From an uncultured Clostridia bacterium (GTDB lineage: Bacteria; Bacillota; Clostridia; Oscillospirales; Ruminococcaceae): a DNA stretch of 64,000 nt. The notes beneath the pieces were generated by a model. It was not told the origin of the DNA, did not search any database, and worked only from the letters and a program-made list of their open reading frames with translations. How positions within the stretch are numbered: the stretch's first letter is position 1; every line of letters begins with the position of its first letter. Positions 9,324-18,331 of the stretch are shown here, piece after piece. Both the position numbers and the translations under genes were made by a program. Where the stretch lies: the NCBI GenBank assembly GCA_947624345.1, contig CANQJW010000001.1, positions 21,499-85,498 on the forward strand. Reading direction: 5' to 3'.

Positions 9324-10238
9324 ATGGCACTAGGTAAATTGGAAAATGAAATATTAGCATTGATGAATAGTGAAATTATTGACATAAACAAGGTCGAGGA
9401 GCTATTCAAAAACGGTGCAGATCCCAATGCGTTAGAGGATGATGAACCTGATTTGGACTTTGATAACAATATTCATTGGTCAACCTTTTTTACTTCTTGT
9501 ATTTTTTCTACACTGCAAAATGATCCGGATTTTTACCCATTACTAGAGGTTTTTATAAAATATGGTTTGGATGTAAATAAATATGGATCATCTTTAATTG
9601 ATGATTTTCATTTTATATCTAACAGAAGTGATATTTATGAAATGACAAAATTAGTTTTAAATCATGTAACTGACAGAACTAAAATTGAACCTGCATTATC
9701 AAGTATTGATACAGTAGAGTCTTGGTTAAATTGCAATATAGACGAAATATGTGATGCTGAATCTAATGACTTTTATGGGTTATATGTTTTAGTAGAATCT
9801 TTTCTCAATAATATTCCGTATAATTCATTCTATCGCTTGCCAAAGCAAATAAACGAAGAGTTTAAAAATATATATGTAAATGGTAATTTTGTTGTTATAG
9901 AAAAGAATAAATTATCAGCGAAATATAATGAAAATAAAAATGCATTGAATACAAAAATAGTTATGAAAAATAACACTTTAATTGTTAAAGACTATCATAG
10001 TGTATATATAAATAATGATGATATACACAACTATATAGAAAATGAATTTACTGATTATGCTAACTCTCATTTTAAGAATGAAAAAGTTATTGATATAAAG
10101 TTTAAACATTTTGAAGTAGAATTAAGTCCTGACTTATGTGCTCAGGGTAGAATGGTGACAATTAGCTTTACAAATAAGAAAGAATTAAAATATATGGAAG
10201 ATACAGAACATAATTTAGTTACGGTTGAGATTATATAA
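9324..10238 (+). CDS. Hypothetical cytosolic protein with an ankyrin-like N-terminal half and an unassigned Asn/Lys-rich C-terminal half
   Basis: 304-aa ORF with a GAGG SD 9 nt upstream. Ankyrin repeat-end motifs LFKNGADPNALEDD and LLEVFIKYGLDVNKYG. Markedly AT-rich compared with its neighbours. I recognise no family. Confidence 0.65.
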   Translation: MALGKLENEILALMNSEIIDINKVEELFKNGADPNALEDDEPDLDFDNNIHWSTFFTSCIFSTLQNDPDFYPLLEVFIKYGLDVNKYGSSLIDDFHFISNRSDIYEMTKLVLNHVTDRTKIEPALSSIDTVESWLNCNIDEICDAESNDFYGLYVLVESFLNNIPYNSFYRLPKQINEEFKNIYVNGNFVVIEKNKLSAKYNENKNALNTKIVMKNNTLIVKDYHSVYINNDDIHNYIENEFTDYANSHFKNEKVIDIKFKHFEVELSPDLCAQGRMVTISFTNKKELKYMEDTEHNLVTVEII

Positions 10239-10257
10239 TAAAATAATTGTTAGAGGA

Positions 10258-11199
10258 ATGATAGCCATACAAGCAAAAAATAATTTTACAGAAGAAAAAA
10301 GTGCAAAAGCAGTTCCAATATCCTGGTTTCCCGGTCATATGGCGAAAACTCGCCGTTTGATGCAGTCTAATTTAAAATTAGTAGATGCTGTTGTTGAGAT
10401 GACTGATGCCAGAATCCCTATTTCAAGCAGAAATCCCGAAATGGACAGACTTGTAGGTTCAAAGCCCAGACTTGTTATTCTGAACAAGAGCGATGCCGCT
10501 GATGAAACAGTTACTTCTATGTGGCTGGATTATTATAAAAGAAAAGGAATTATGGCTCTATCAATGGATTGCCGAAGTGGAAAGGGAGTAAACAAGTTTA
10601 TTCCAGCATTGAAGGAGCTTTTAAAAGACCAAATCGAAATCTGGAACAGCAAGGGAATGGTCGGCAGACCTGTCAGAATTATGATTGTAGGGATACCAAA
10701 CGTGGGTAAGTCCTCGTTTATAAACAGGCTTGCAGGCTCTAAAAGAGCAAAGGTTGAGGACAGACCCGGTGTAACGAGAGGGAAGCAGTGGGTTTCAATA
10801 GGTAATGAGATCGAGCTTTTGGATATGCCTGGAGTTTTATGGCCAAAGTTTGAGGATAAAACTGTCGGCGAACATCTGGCTTTCACTGGCGCTGTTAAAG
10901 ACAATGTAATGGATTTGGAGTATCTTGCCTGCAAGCTGTTGCAGTTTTTGTATGAGAATTATCCGGAAAACATTATCGAAAGATATAATATAAGCCTTGA
11001 TGATATTCATAATGATGATATGTCGCTGAGTGACTGTATAGTAGGTTTTGATATTCTTGAGCGAATTGGCAGAAAGAGAGGATTTTTAATTTCAGGCGGT
11101 GAGATAAATACCGAGAGAGCTGCTGTGACGGTTGTTGATGAATTCAGAGGCGGAAAACTTGGGCGCTTATCAATAGAAACTCCGAGAAATTTAAAATAA
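10258..11199 (+). CDS. rbgA: Ribosome biogenesis GTPase A (RbgA/YlqF)
   Basis: WFPGHMAKTRR, LNKSDAA, GIPNVGKSSFINRL and DMPGVLWPKF. The start is uncertain: ATG 10258 has no spaced SD, and the ORF-track TTG 10225 overlaps the upstream orphan. Confidence 0.85.
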   Translation: MIAIQAKNNFTEEKSAKAVPISWFPGHMAKTRRLMQSNLKLVDAVVEMTDARIPISSRNPEMDRLVGSKPRLVILNKSDAADETVTSMWLDYYKRKGIMALSMDCRSGKGVNKFIPALKELLKDQIEIWNSKGMVGRPVRIMIVGIPNVGKSSFINRLAGSKRAKVEDRPGVTRGKQWVSIGNEIELLDMPGVLWPKFEDKTVGEHLAFTGAVKDNVMDLEYLACKLLQFLYENYPENIIERYNISLDDIHNDDMSLSDCIVGFDILERIGRKRGFLISGGEINTERAAVTVVDEFRGGKLGRLSIETPRNLK

Positions 11200-11209
11200 A
11201 GGTAAGACA

Positions 11210-11809
11210 ATGGAACTATATGAATTTGACAAAAATATAAGAAATGGCAGAATAATTTGCGGCGTTGATGAAGCCGGCAGAGGTCCTTTGGCAGGAGATG
11301 TATATGCCGCCGCAGTTATTTTTGATGATGATACTGTAATCGATGGTATAAACGATTCAAAAAAGCTGAGCGAAAAGAAAAGGGAAGCTCTTTTTGATAT
11401 AATTACAGAGAGAGCAAAAGCGTATAGTATTGCAACAGCAAGCATTGAGGAGATTGAAACTCTGAACATTCTCAATGCGGCTATGCTTGCAATGAAAAGA
11501 GCAGTTGAAGGTCTTAATGTTAAGCCGCAGCTTGCTTTGATCGACGGAAATAAATCACCGAAAATTGATATTCCGACCGAGACTGTTGTCAAGGGCGATG
11601 CAAAATCACAGTCGATAGCAGCAGCTTCGATTTTAGCTAAGGTTTCAAGAGACAGATATATGAAAGAGCTGGATAAAGAGTATCCGCAATATCAGTTTTC
11701 AAGACACAATGGCTACGGTACAAAACTGCATTATGAAATGATAGAGAAGTATGGAATTTCGCCTGTTCACAGACCTTCTTTTTTAAAAAAGTTTTTAGAA
11801 AAGAAATGA
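11210..11809 (+). CDS. rnhB: Ribonuclease HII
   Basis: GVDEAGRGPLAGDV, DSKKLS, and the ASILAKV..R motif. Confidence 0.9.
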   Translation: MELYEFDKNIRNGRIICGVDEAGRGPLAGDVYAAAVIFDDDTVIDGINDSKKLSEKKREALFDIITERAKAYSIATASIEEIETLNILNAAMLAMKRAVEGLNVKPQLALIDGNKSPKIDIPTETVVKGDAKSQSIAAASILAKVSRDRYMKELDKEYPQYQFSRHNGYGTKLHYEMIEKYGISPVHRPSFLKKFLEKK

Positions 11810-12168
11810 AAAACAGGGAAATAGGAAATATAGGCGAGCAGACAGTATGTGATTATATTACTAAAAAAGGTTATGAAATCATTAAAAGAAATTTCACCGT
11901 AAAAGGTGGGGAGATTGACATTATCGCAAAAAAGAATAATACTGTTTGTTTTATTGAGGTTAAAACACGAAAGCATAGTGCATTAACTTCGGGCGAGGAA
12001 GCTTTGAATGAGACCAAGCGCAGGCATATAATATATGCAGCGGAAAGATTTCTCAGCACTTTATCAAGCTTGCCTAAGTGCAGATTTGATGTCGCAGTGG
12101 TTGAGATGAAAAAAGAAAAGGTTATAAAGCTGAAGTATTATGTAAACGCTTTTGATACCAGTCAATAG
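11806..12168 (+). CDS. YraN-family (UPF0102) endonuclease-like protein
   Basis: 120 aa. GE..A..YL...GY.I..RN and GEIDIIA...VCFIEVKTR. Overlaps the rnhB stop by 4 nt, which is the usual rnhB-yraN pairing. Confidence 0.85.
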   Translation: MKNREIGNIGEQTVCDYITKKGYEIIKRNFTVKGGEIDIIAKKNNTVCFIEVKTRKHSALTSGEEALNETKRRHIIYAAERFLSTLSSLPKCRFDVAVVEMKKEKVIKLKYYVNAFDTSQ

Positions 12169-12193
12169 ATAAATAACCAATCAGGAGGATTTT

Positions 12194-13687
12194 ATGTATT
12201 ATAAAAGTACGAGAGACAGCAGTGTTAATGTTACATCTGCACAAGCTATTGCACAGGGAATTTCAAAGGACGGAGGTTTGTTTGTTCCAAGTGAAATTCC
12301 AAAAATAACTTTTAATGATATTAAGAATCTGGGGGATATGAGCTACCCTGACAGAGCAGCATTTGTGTTTTCAAAATATCTTACCGATTTCAGCGAGGCG
12401 GAAATAAGATACTGCGTTGACAATGCATATTCTGATAAAAATTTTGATACAAAGAATATTTGTGAGCTGGCTCACCTTTTCGACGGAACATATATGCTAG
12501 AACTTTGGCACGGTCCTACTTGTGCTTTCAAGGATATGGCACTTCAGATTCTTCCATATCTGATAACAACTTCTGCTAAGAAAATCAAGCTTAATAAAAA
12601 GATTGTTATTCTTGTTGCAACTTCTGGTGATACAGGAAAAGCCGCTCTTGAAGGATTCAAGGACGTTGAAGGCACGCAGATAATGGTATTTTATCCTGCT
12701 GACGGTGTATCTAAAATGCAGAAGAAGCAGATGATAACTCAGGAAGGCGAGAATGTTGCTGTCTGCGCTATAAACGGTAACTTTGATGACGCTCAGAATG
12801 GCGTGAAATCTATATTCACAGATAGCGAGGTTGAGAATGAACTAAGCAAAAATGGATTTATGTTCTCGTCCGCGAATTCAATAAACTGGGGCAGACTGGC
12901 ACCACAGATTGTTTATTATGTTTCTTCATATGCACAGCTTGTTTACAACGGAAAAATTGAGCTTGGAGAAAAGATAAACATAGTTGTTCCTACTGGTAAC
13001 TTTGGTAATATTCTGGCTGCATATTACGCTAAGAAAATGGGAATACCAGTCAATAAGCTTATTTGTGCTTCGAACTCAAACAATGTGCTTACCGATTTTA
13101 TAAACACAGGTGTTTACGACAGAAACAGAAAATTTCACACTACTATTTCGCCGTCTATGGATATTCTTATTTCATCAAATCTGGAGCGGCTTTTGTATCA
13201 TCTTTGCGGTGAAGATGATAGTCAGATAAGAGAATGGTTCTCATCCCTTTATGATTGCGGAAAGTATGAGGTATCAGATGAGGTTAAGGATGTGTTAAGA
13301 AAAGAGTTTTACGCTGGCTTCTGTGATGATTCTCAGACTAAGGCTTGCATAAAAGAGCAGTTTGATAAGTATTCTTATGTATGCGATACACACACAGCTG
13401 TTGCTGTGAAGGTTTATGAGGATTACAGAGAGAAAACTAAGGATAAAACAAAGACTATTATTGCATCTACTGCAAGCCCATACAAATTTTCAAACAGTGT
13501 TTTAGTTGCTCTCAGCGAAATTGATCAAGCTATGGACGAATTTGAACTTGTTGATAAACTTAATGAAGTTTCAAAGCTAGATATTCCTAAGTCTTTAGCT
13601 GAGCTTAAATATAAGGAAATTCGTTTTAATGATACAATAGAAAAGAATGATATGAAAGCTTTTGTATTAAAGTCATTGGGTATATAA
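12194..13687 (+). CDS. thrC: Threonine synthase (long form)
   Basis: 497 aa. MYYKSTR N-terminus, GGLFVP, and PLP-lysine context PTCAFKDMALQ. Confidence 0.9.
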   Translation: MYYKSTRDSSVNVTSAQAIAQGISKDGGLFVPSEIPKITFNDIKNLGDMSYPDRAAFVFSKYLTDFSEAEIRYCVDNAYSDKNFDTKNICELAHLFDGTYMLELWHGPTCAFKDMALQILPYLITTSAKKIKLNKKIVILVATSGDTGKAALEGFKDVEGTQIMVFYPADGVSKMQKKQMITQEGENVAVCAINGNFDDAQNGVKSIFTDSEVENELSKNGFMFSSANSINWGRLAPQIVYYVSSYAQLVYNGKIELGEKINIVVPTGNFGNILAAYYAKKMGIPVNKLICASNSNNVLTDFINTGVYDRNRKFHTTISPSMDILISSNLERLLYHLCGEDDSQIREWFSSLYDCGKYEVSDEVKDVLRKEFYAGFCDDSQTKACIKEQFDKYSYVCDTHTAVAVKVYEDYREKTKDKTKTIIASTASPYKFSNSVLVALSEIDQAMDEFELVDKLNEVSKLDIPKSLAELKYKEIRFNDTIEKNDMKAFVLKSLGI

Positions 13688-13733
13688 AAAGGTTTTAAAT
13701 CTTGAAATTTGCACTAATTTGCACGAATAGATA

Positions 13734-13766
13734 AAATCGTCTGCCAATTAAGACAGACGATTTTCT
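13734..13766. terminator. Bidirectional terminator between thrC and the DUF1540 gene
   Basis: Perfect 10-bp stem AAATCGTCTG / CAGACGATTT with a 10-nt loop, flanked by an A-run and a T-run. Confidence 0.7.
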
Positions 13767-13776
13767 GTGATAACTA

Positions 13777-13941
13777 TTAGCCCTTTGGCTTGAATGTTCT
13801 ACAAATTGTTTCGTCACAGCAGTTAGGCTTATCGCAGCAGCAGCAAATATCTATTTTGCCGGCTACACACTCACAGCCATCTCTGTTATGAACACAGCTT
13901 GTAACATCACAGTTGATTCCTTGGATTTTATCGCTATTCAT
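13777..13941 (-). CDS. DUF1540-family cysteine-rich small protein
   Basis: 54 aa counted from the ATG preceded by an AAGGTGA SD; the ORF-track start at 13968 has no SD. The CDVTSCVHN..GCECVAGKIDI...ETICRTF pattern is typical of DUF1540. 13 Cys residues, including a CCCC run. Confidence 0.7.
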   Translation of the reverse strand: MNSDKIQGINCDVTSCVHNRDGCECVAGKIDICCCCDKPNCCDETICRTFKPKG

Positions 13942-13953
13942 AGTAATCACCTT

Positions 13954-14062
13954 GCCTTTACTATGCAAAGGCCCCTTTCTGTGGTTTTAAGAAATGAACC
14001 ATCATAAAACCACGCGTGAAAATACTTTTTCACGATACTCATTTTCGCAAGATTAGTCTTGC
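13954..14062. repeat. Cluster of four inverted repeats in the divergent DUF1540 / phosphoesterase intergenic region
   Basis: GCCTTT-N7-AAAGGC (13954..13972), GTGGTTTTA-N15-TAAAACCAC (13981..14013), CGTGAAAA-TACT-TTTTCACG (14015..14034), and GCAAGA-TTAG-TCTTGC (14047..14062). None is followed by a U-tract on either strand. Confidence 0.6.
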
Positions 14063-14126
14063 AAAATTATTATAAGCGAAATATCAGAAATTATTCAGTA
14101 ATTTATGGAAATTTGGAGGATAGATT

Positions 14127-14828
14127 TTGGCACTATTCACTATTGGAGATCTTCATTTATCATTCGGCGTAAACAAGCCTATGGATATATTTAAGGGCTG
14201 GAATAATTATCAGGATCGACTGGCGGAAAATTGGCAGAAGAAAATTATGCCTGATGATACAGTTGTTCTTCCCGGTGATTTTTCCTGGGCAATAAACTTA
14301 AATGAGGCAATTCCTGACTTCCAGTTTGTTGAGAACTTAAACGGAAAAAAAATCTTGCTTAAAGGTAATCACGATTATTGGTGGGAAACCAAAACCAAGA
14401 TGGACCGTTTTTTTGAAGAGAACGGATTTAAAACATTTTCAATTTTAAACAACAATCACTATAAATACGGTGATATAGGAATTTGCGGTACTCGTGGCTG
14501 GATCAACGAAAACGGAGTTGAAGCTGATAAAAAGGTGCTTTCAAGAGAAGCTGGAAGACTTGAGATGTCAATTCAGTCCGCACTAAAAGAAAATCTTAAG
14601 CCTGTTGTGTTTTTGCATTATCCGCCGATTTATGCTAACGACAAAAACTATGACATTCTTGAGATTATCGAGAAATACAATATAAAAAAATGTTTTTATG
14701 GTCACATTCACGGAAGTGCTGTAAACTATGCCATCGACGGCATTGTTGATGATATTTTATACAGACTTGTGTCAAGCGATTATCTGGAATTTGATCCTTT
14801 GGATATAACTGAAATAATAATTGATTAA
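14127..14828 (+). CDS. Calcineurin-like metallophosphoesterase family protein
   Basis: TTG start 5 nt after a GGAGGA SD. Motifs GDLHL, PGDFSW, GNHDYWW, LHYPP and GHIHG. Confidence 0.75.
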   Translation: MALFTIGDLHLSFGVNKPMDIFKGWNNYQDRLAENWQKKIMPDDTVVLPGDFSWAINLNEAIPDFQFVENLNGKKILLKGNHDYWWETKTKMDRFFEENGFKTFSILNNNHYKYGDIGICGTRGWINENGVEADKKVLSREAGRLEMSIQSALKENLKPVVFLHYPPIYANDKNYDILEIIEKYNIKKCFYGHIHGSAVNYAIDGIVDDILYRLVSSDYLEFDPLDITEIIID

Positions 14829-14843
14829 AATTTCAAATTCTGC

Positions 14844-14872
14844 TTGAAATATGGTTGCTGATGTGTTATACT
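14844..14872 (+). promoter_or_regulatory. SigA-type promoter upstream of tig
   Basis: TTGAAA, 17-nt spacer, TATACT, with a TGT extended -10. Confidence 0.6.
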
Positions 14873-14907
14873 ATACAAGTTAATTAGAAAATTTGGAGGA
14901 CGTAGAC

Positions 14908-16188
14908 ATGAGTGTAAAATCAAATAAGGAAGTTGAAACAAATAAACACGAGTTGGAAATTGAAATTTCAGCTGAGGCTTTTGAAGCAGCAATTGAAAAG
15001 GCTTATCAGTCAAAAAAGAAGAACATTTCTGTTCCTGGCTTCAGAAAGGGCAAGGCTACAAGAAAGCTAATTGAAAAAGAATACGGAGAAGGTGTTTTTT
15101 ATGAGGACGCTGTAAATGCTTTAGTACCCGGAGAGGTAGATACAGCGATTGATAATGCCGGACTGGAACTTGTTACAAGACCTGATGTTGAGGTTATTTC
15201 TGTTGATAAAGGAAAGGGTATTGAGATTAAGGTCACTTGTATAACAAAGCCTGAGGTTAAAATTGAAAACTATAAAGGATTAGAAGCAACAAAAACTGTC
15301 AAAGCTGTAACTGATGAGGATATTGATAAGGATATTGATAATTTAAGGCAAAAGGGTATGAGAATCATTGATGTTGATAATAGACCTTGTCAAAACGGAG
15401 ATGATGTTGTTATTGACTTTGATGGTTATCAGGATGGCGTACCGTTCGAGGGCGGAAAGGCTGAGAAGTTTACTCTTTCACTCGGAAGCGGTCAGTTCAT
15501 TCCCGGCTTCGAGGAACAGGTATGTGGTCACAGCATTGGCGATGAATTTGATATCAATGTAACTTTCCCGGAGGAATATGGTGCTGCAGAGCTTGCCGGA
15601 AAAGATGCAGTGTTTAAAATCAAGCTTCACGAGATAAAGACTAAGGAGCTTCCTGAGCTTGACGATGAATTTGTAAAGGATACTACTGAGTTTGATACAG
15701 TTGAACAGCTAAAGGAAGATGTTAAGAAGAGACTTGAAGAAGCTGAAGAAAAGAAAGCTGATTCTGAGGTTGAGGGAGCACTGTTTGATCAGATTATTGA
15801 TAATATCGAGGGTGAAATTCCTGAGGTTATGTATGAAAACAGAGTTGAAGAAATGATTCAGGATATGACTCAGAGACTTGCACCTCAGGGTATCAGTCTG
15901 GATATGTATCTTCAGTTTACAGGTTCAGATATGGACACATTGAGAAAAACATATCGTGAACAGGCTGAAAAGCAGGTTAAGCTTAGACTTGCACTTGAAC
16001 AAATTGCAAAGACTGAGAATATTGAAGTATCAGACGACGAAGTCGAAGAAGAGTTCAATAAGATGGCTGATAACTATAAAATGGATATTCAGCAGGTTAA
16101 GTTATATGTTACACCTGATGCACTAAAAACAGATATTGCAGTAGGAAAGGCAGCAGAGCTTGTCAAGGATTCTGCAAAAATCAAGTAG
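14908..16188 (+). CDS. tig: Trigger factor
   Basis: Start at the ATG 7 nt after a GGAGGA SD. GFRKGKA ribosome-binding signature, FKBP-type PPIase segment GFEEQ, and an acidic C-terminal domain. Confidence 0.9.
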   Translation: MSVKSNKEVETNKHELEIEISAEAFEAAIEKAYQSKKKNISVPGFRKGKATRKLIEKEYGEGVFYEDAVNALVPGEVDTAIDNAGLELVTRPDVEVISVDKGKGIEIKVTCITKPEVKIENYKGLEATKTVKAVTDEDIDKDIDNLRQKGMRIIDVDNRPCQNGDDVVIDFDGYQDGVPFEGGKAEKFTLSLGSGQFIPGFEEQVCGHSIGDEFDINVTFPEEYGAAELAGKDAVFKIKLHEIKTKELPELDDEFVKDTTEFDTVEQLKEDVKKRLEEAEEKKADSEVEGALFDQIIDNIEGEIPEVMYENRVEEMIQDMTQRLAPQGISLDMYLQFTGSDMDTLRKTYREQAEKQVKLRLALEQIAKTENIEVSDDEVEEEFNKMADNYKMDIQQVKLYVTPDALKTDIAVGKAAELVKDSAKIK

Positions 16189-16198
16189 TGATACTAAT

Positions 16199-16221
16199 TC
16201 GCCCGCAAAATTTGTGGGCGA
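16199..16221 (+). other. GC-rich hairpin without a U-tract between tig and clpP
   Basis: Stem TCGCCCGCA / TGTGGGCGA (9 bp, one G-U pair), loop AAATT, and no T-run downstream. Possibly a partial terminator or a processing site. Confidence 0.35.
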
Positions 16222-16258
16222 TAAGCGTATATGAACAAATTGAAATGGAGGAGATATT

Positions 16259-16852
16259 ATGTCGACACTTATACCTTATGTTGTTGAACAAACCAGCCGC
16301 GGAGAAAGAAGCTATGATATTTTTTCAAGGCTTTTAAATGACAGAATTATAATGCTTACAGGACCTATTGATGATGCGGTTGCAAGCGTTGTAGTAGCAC
16401 AGCTTTTATATCTTGAAGGTCAGGATCCTGATAAGGATATAGACCTTTATATAAACAGCCCTGGAGGATCTGTTACTGCTGGTTTTGCAATTTACGATAC
16501 AATGCAGTATATAAAGTGTGATGTTTCTACGATTTGTATCGGTCTTGCAGCATCATTCGGTTCATTCTTGCTTTCAAGCGGAGCAAAGGGAAAGAGATTT
16601 GCTTTACCAAACAGTGAAATTTTGATTCATCAGCCCTTGATTTCAGGCGGTGGAATAAGCGGTCAGCAGACGGATATTCAGATTCACGCTGATAATATGC
16701 TTAAAACAAGAGAAAGACTTGAAAGAATATTGGCAGAAAACTGTTCAAAGGATGTTGAAACAATTCACAGAGATTGTGAAAGAGATAACTATATGACAGC
16801 AGAGCAGGCAATGCAATACGGATTGGTAGATAAGGTTATTAAAAAGAGATAA
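16259..16852 (+). CDS. clpP: ATP-dependent Clp protease proteolytic subunit
   Basis: [19 protein letters not shown], catalytic-Ser context [11 protein letters not shown], and IHQP. Confidence 0.95.
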   Translation: MSTLIPYVVEQTSRGERSYDIFSRLLNDRIIMLTGPIDDAVASVVVAQLLYLEGQDPDKDIDLYINSPGGSVTAGFAIYDTMQYIKCDVSTICIGLAASFGSFLLSSGAKGKRFALPNSEILIHQPLISGGGISGQQTDIQIHADNMLKTRERLERILAENCSKDVETIHRDCERDNYMTAEQAMQYGLVDKVIKKR

Positions 16853-16863
16853 GGACGGTGCTT

Positions 16864-18162
16864 ATGCCTAACAAGGACGGTTTAAAAATCTGTAATTTTT
16901 GCGGTTCGTCAGAGAATCAGGTGAGAAATCTATTTTCAGCAGGCAATGTGCATATATGTGACAATTGCGTAATGTACTGTTACGATATTCTGGCAGAGCA
17001 AGCTGATTTTTCTCGTCACAATGACAGAAAGAATAATCAAAGCAGATCAAAAAAAGATTTAACTGAAGATAAAAACAATGTAGCTCTTACAAAGCCTGTT
17101 GATATAAAAAATGTCTTAGACCAATATGTTATCGGTCAAGATGACGCTAAGATATCATTAGCTGTATCTGTATATAATCATTATAAGAGAATTTTGAATA
17201 ACAAAGAAAATGATGAGAACGATGTTGAAATCCAAAAGAGTAATATTCTTCTCTTAGGACCCACCGGAACGGGAAAAACCTTGCTTGCTCAGACACTTGC
17301 TAAGATTCTCAATGTTCCTTTTGCTATTGCTGATGCAACAACACTTACAGAGGCAGGATATGTCGGAGACGATGTTGAAAATGTGTTGACGAGACTTATT
17401 CAGGCGGCTGATTATAATATTGAAGCGGCTCAGAAGGGAATAATATATATTGATGAAATTGATAAGATCGCTCGCAAGAGTGAGAATACATCTATTACCA
17501 GAGATGTAAGCGGCGAGGGCGTTCAGCAGGCGCTTTTGAAAATAATAGAGGGCTGCGTATCCAATGTGCCTCCCCAGGGAGGAAGAAAGCATCCGCATCA
17601 GGAGTTTATTCAAATTGACACAAAGGATATTCTGTTTATCTGCGGAGGAGCATTCGACGGACTTTCTAAGATTATCAACAAAAGAACTGATAAATCATCA
17701 CTCGGCTTTGGAAGCGAAATTAAGTCACATAAGGATAAATCTGATGTCAATGTTTTTGCTAATGTTGAACCTCAGGATTTAGTTAAATATGGACTTGTTC
17801 CGGAGCTTGTGGGAAGACTTCCTGTTATTACTGTTTTAAACGATTTAGACGAGGACGCATTAGTAAAAATATTGACTCAGCCTAAGAATTCGCTTATCAA
17901 GCAGTTTACAAAGCTTTTCGACTACGATGATATTGAGCTTATATTTACAGAAGAGGCTAAGGCTGCAATTGCTAAAAAAGCTATTGCCCAAAAAACAGGG
18001 GCAAGGGGCTTAAGGGCTGTTGTAGAAGGTATACTTATGAATGTAATGTTTACCTCGCCGTCTGAGGAAGACATTACTGAAATTGTAATTGACGAAAGCT
18101 GTGTGACTGAAGGTAAAGCACCTAAAATTCGCAGAGCAAAAAATTCACGCAAAACAGGTTGA
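16864..18162 (+). CDS. clpX: ATP-dependent Clp protease ATP-binding subunit ClpX
   Basis: N-terminal zinc finger CNFCG...CDNC, Walker A GPTGTGKT, Walker [10 protein letters not shown], and the GYVG pore loop. Confidence 0.95.
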   Translation: MPNKDGLKICNFCGSSENQVRNLFSAGNVHICDNCVMYCYDILAEQADFSRHNDRKNNQSRSKKDLTEDKNNVALTKPVDIKNVLDQYVIGQDDAKISLAVSVYNHYKRILNNKENDENDVEIQKSNILLLGPTGTGKTLLAQTLAKILNVPFAIADATTLTEAGYVGDDVENVLTRLIQAADYNIEAAQKGIIYIDEIDKIARKSENTSITRDVSGEGVQQALLKIIEGCVSNVPPQGGRKHPHQEFIQIDTKDILFICGGAFDGLSKIINKRTDKSSLGFGSEIKSHKDKSDVNVFANVEPQDLVKYGLVPELVGRLPVITVLNDLDEDALVKILTQPKNSLIKQFTKLFDYDDIELIFTEEAKAAIAKKAIAQKTGARGLRAVVEGILMNVMFTSPSEEDITEIVIDESCVTEGKAPKIRRAKNSRKTG

Positions 18163-18238
18163 ATTTAAACTCTCGAATAATTGTGCGGCCCCAGATTGTA
18201 CAGACAGCGATATGTCTATAACTTTTCGACATAAAAAT

Positions 18239-18281
18239 CCCTCCTGTGGTACTTTAATTCTACCATAGGAGGGTGTTTTTT
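18239..18281. terminator. Bidirectional terminator between clpX and metA
   Basis: Stem CCCTCCTGTGG / CCATAGGAGGG, flanked by an upstream A-run and a downstream TGTTTTTT. Confidence 0.7.
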
Positions 18282-18331
18282 CTATTGTTCGTTTTACTGG
18301 AATCGTTCAAAATCGGGTGCTTTTTATGTAT

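Noticed and set aside
18225-18238. The 14-mer TTCGACATAAAAAT, which contains a perfect Spo0A box (TTCGACA), occurs at both 18225..18238 and 36462..36475.
   Set aside because: A single shared 14-mer in 64 kb of AT-rich DNA is within chance expectation. One copy lies in a terminator-flanking region with no downstream gene. There is no further similarity beyond the 14 nt.
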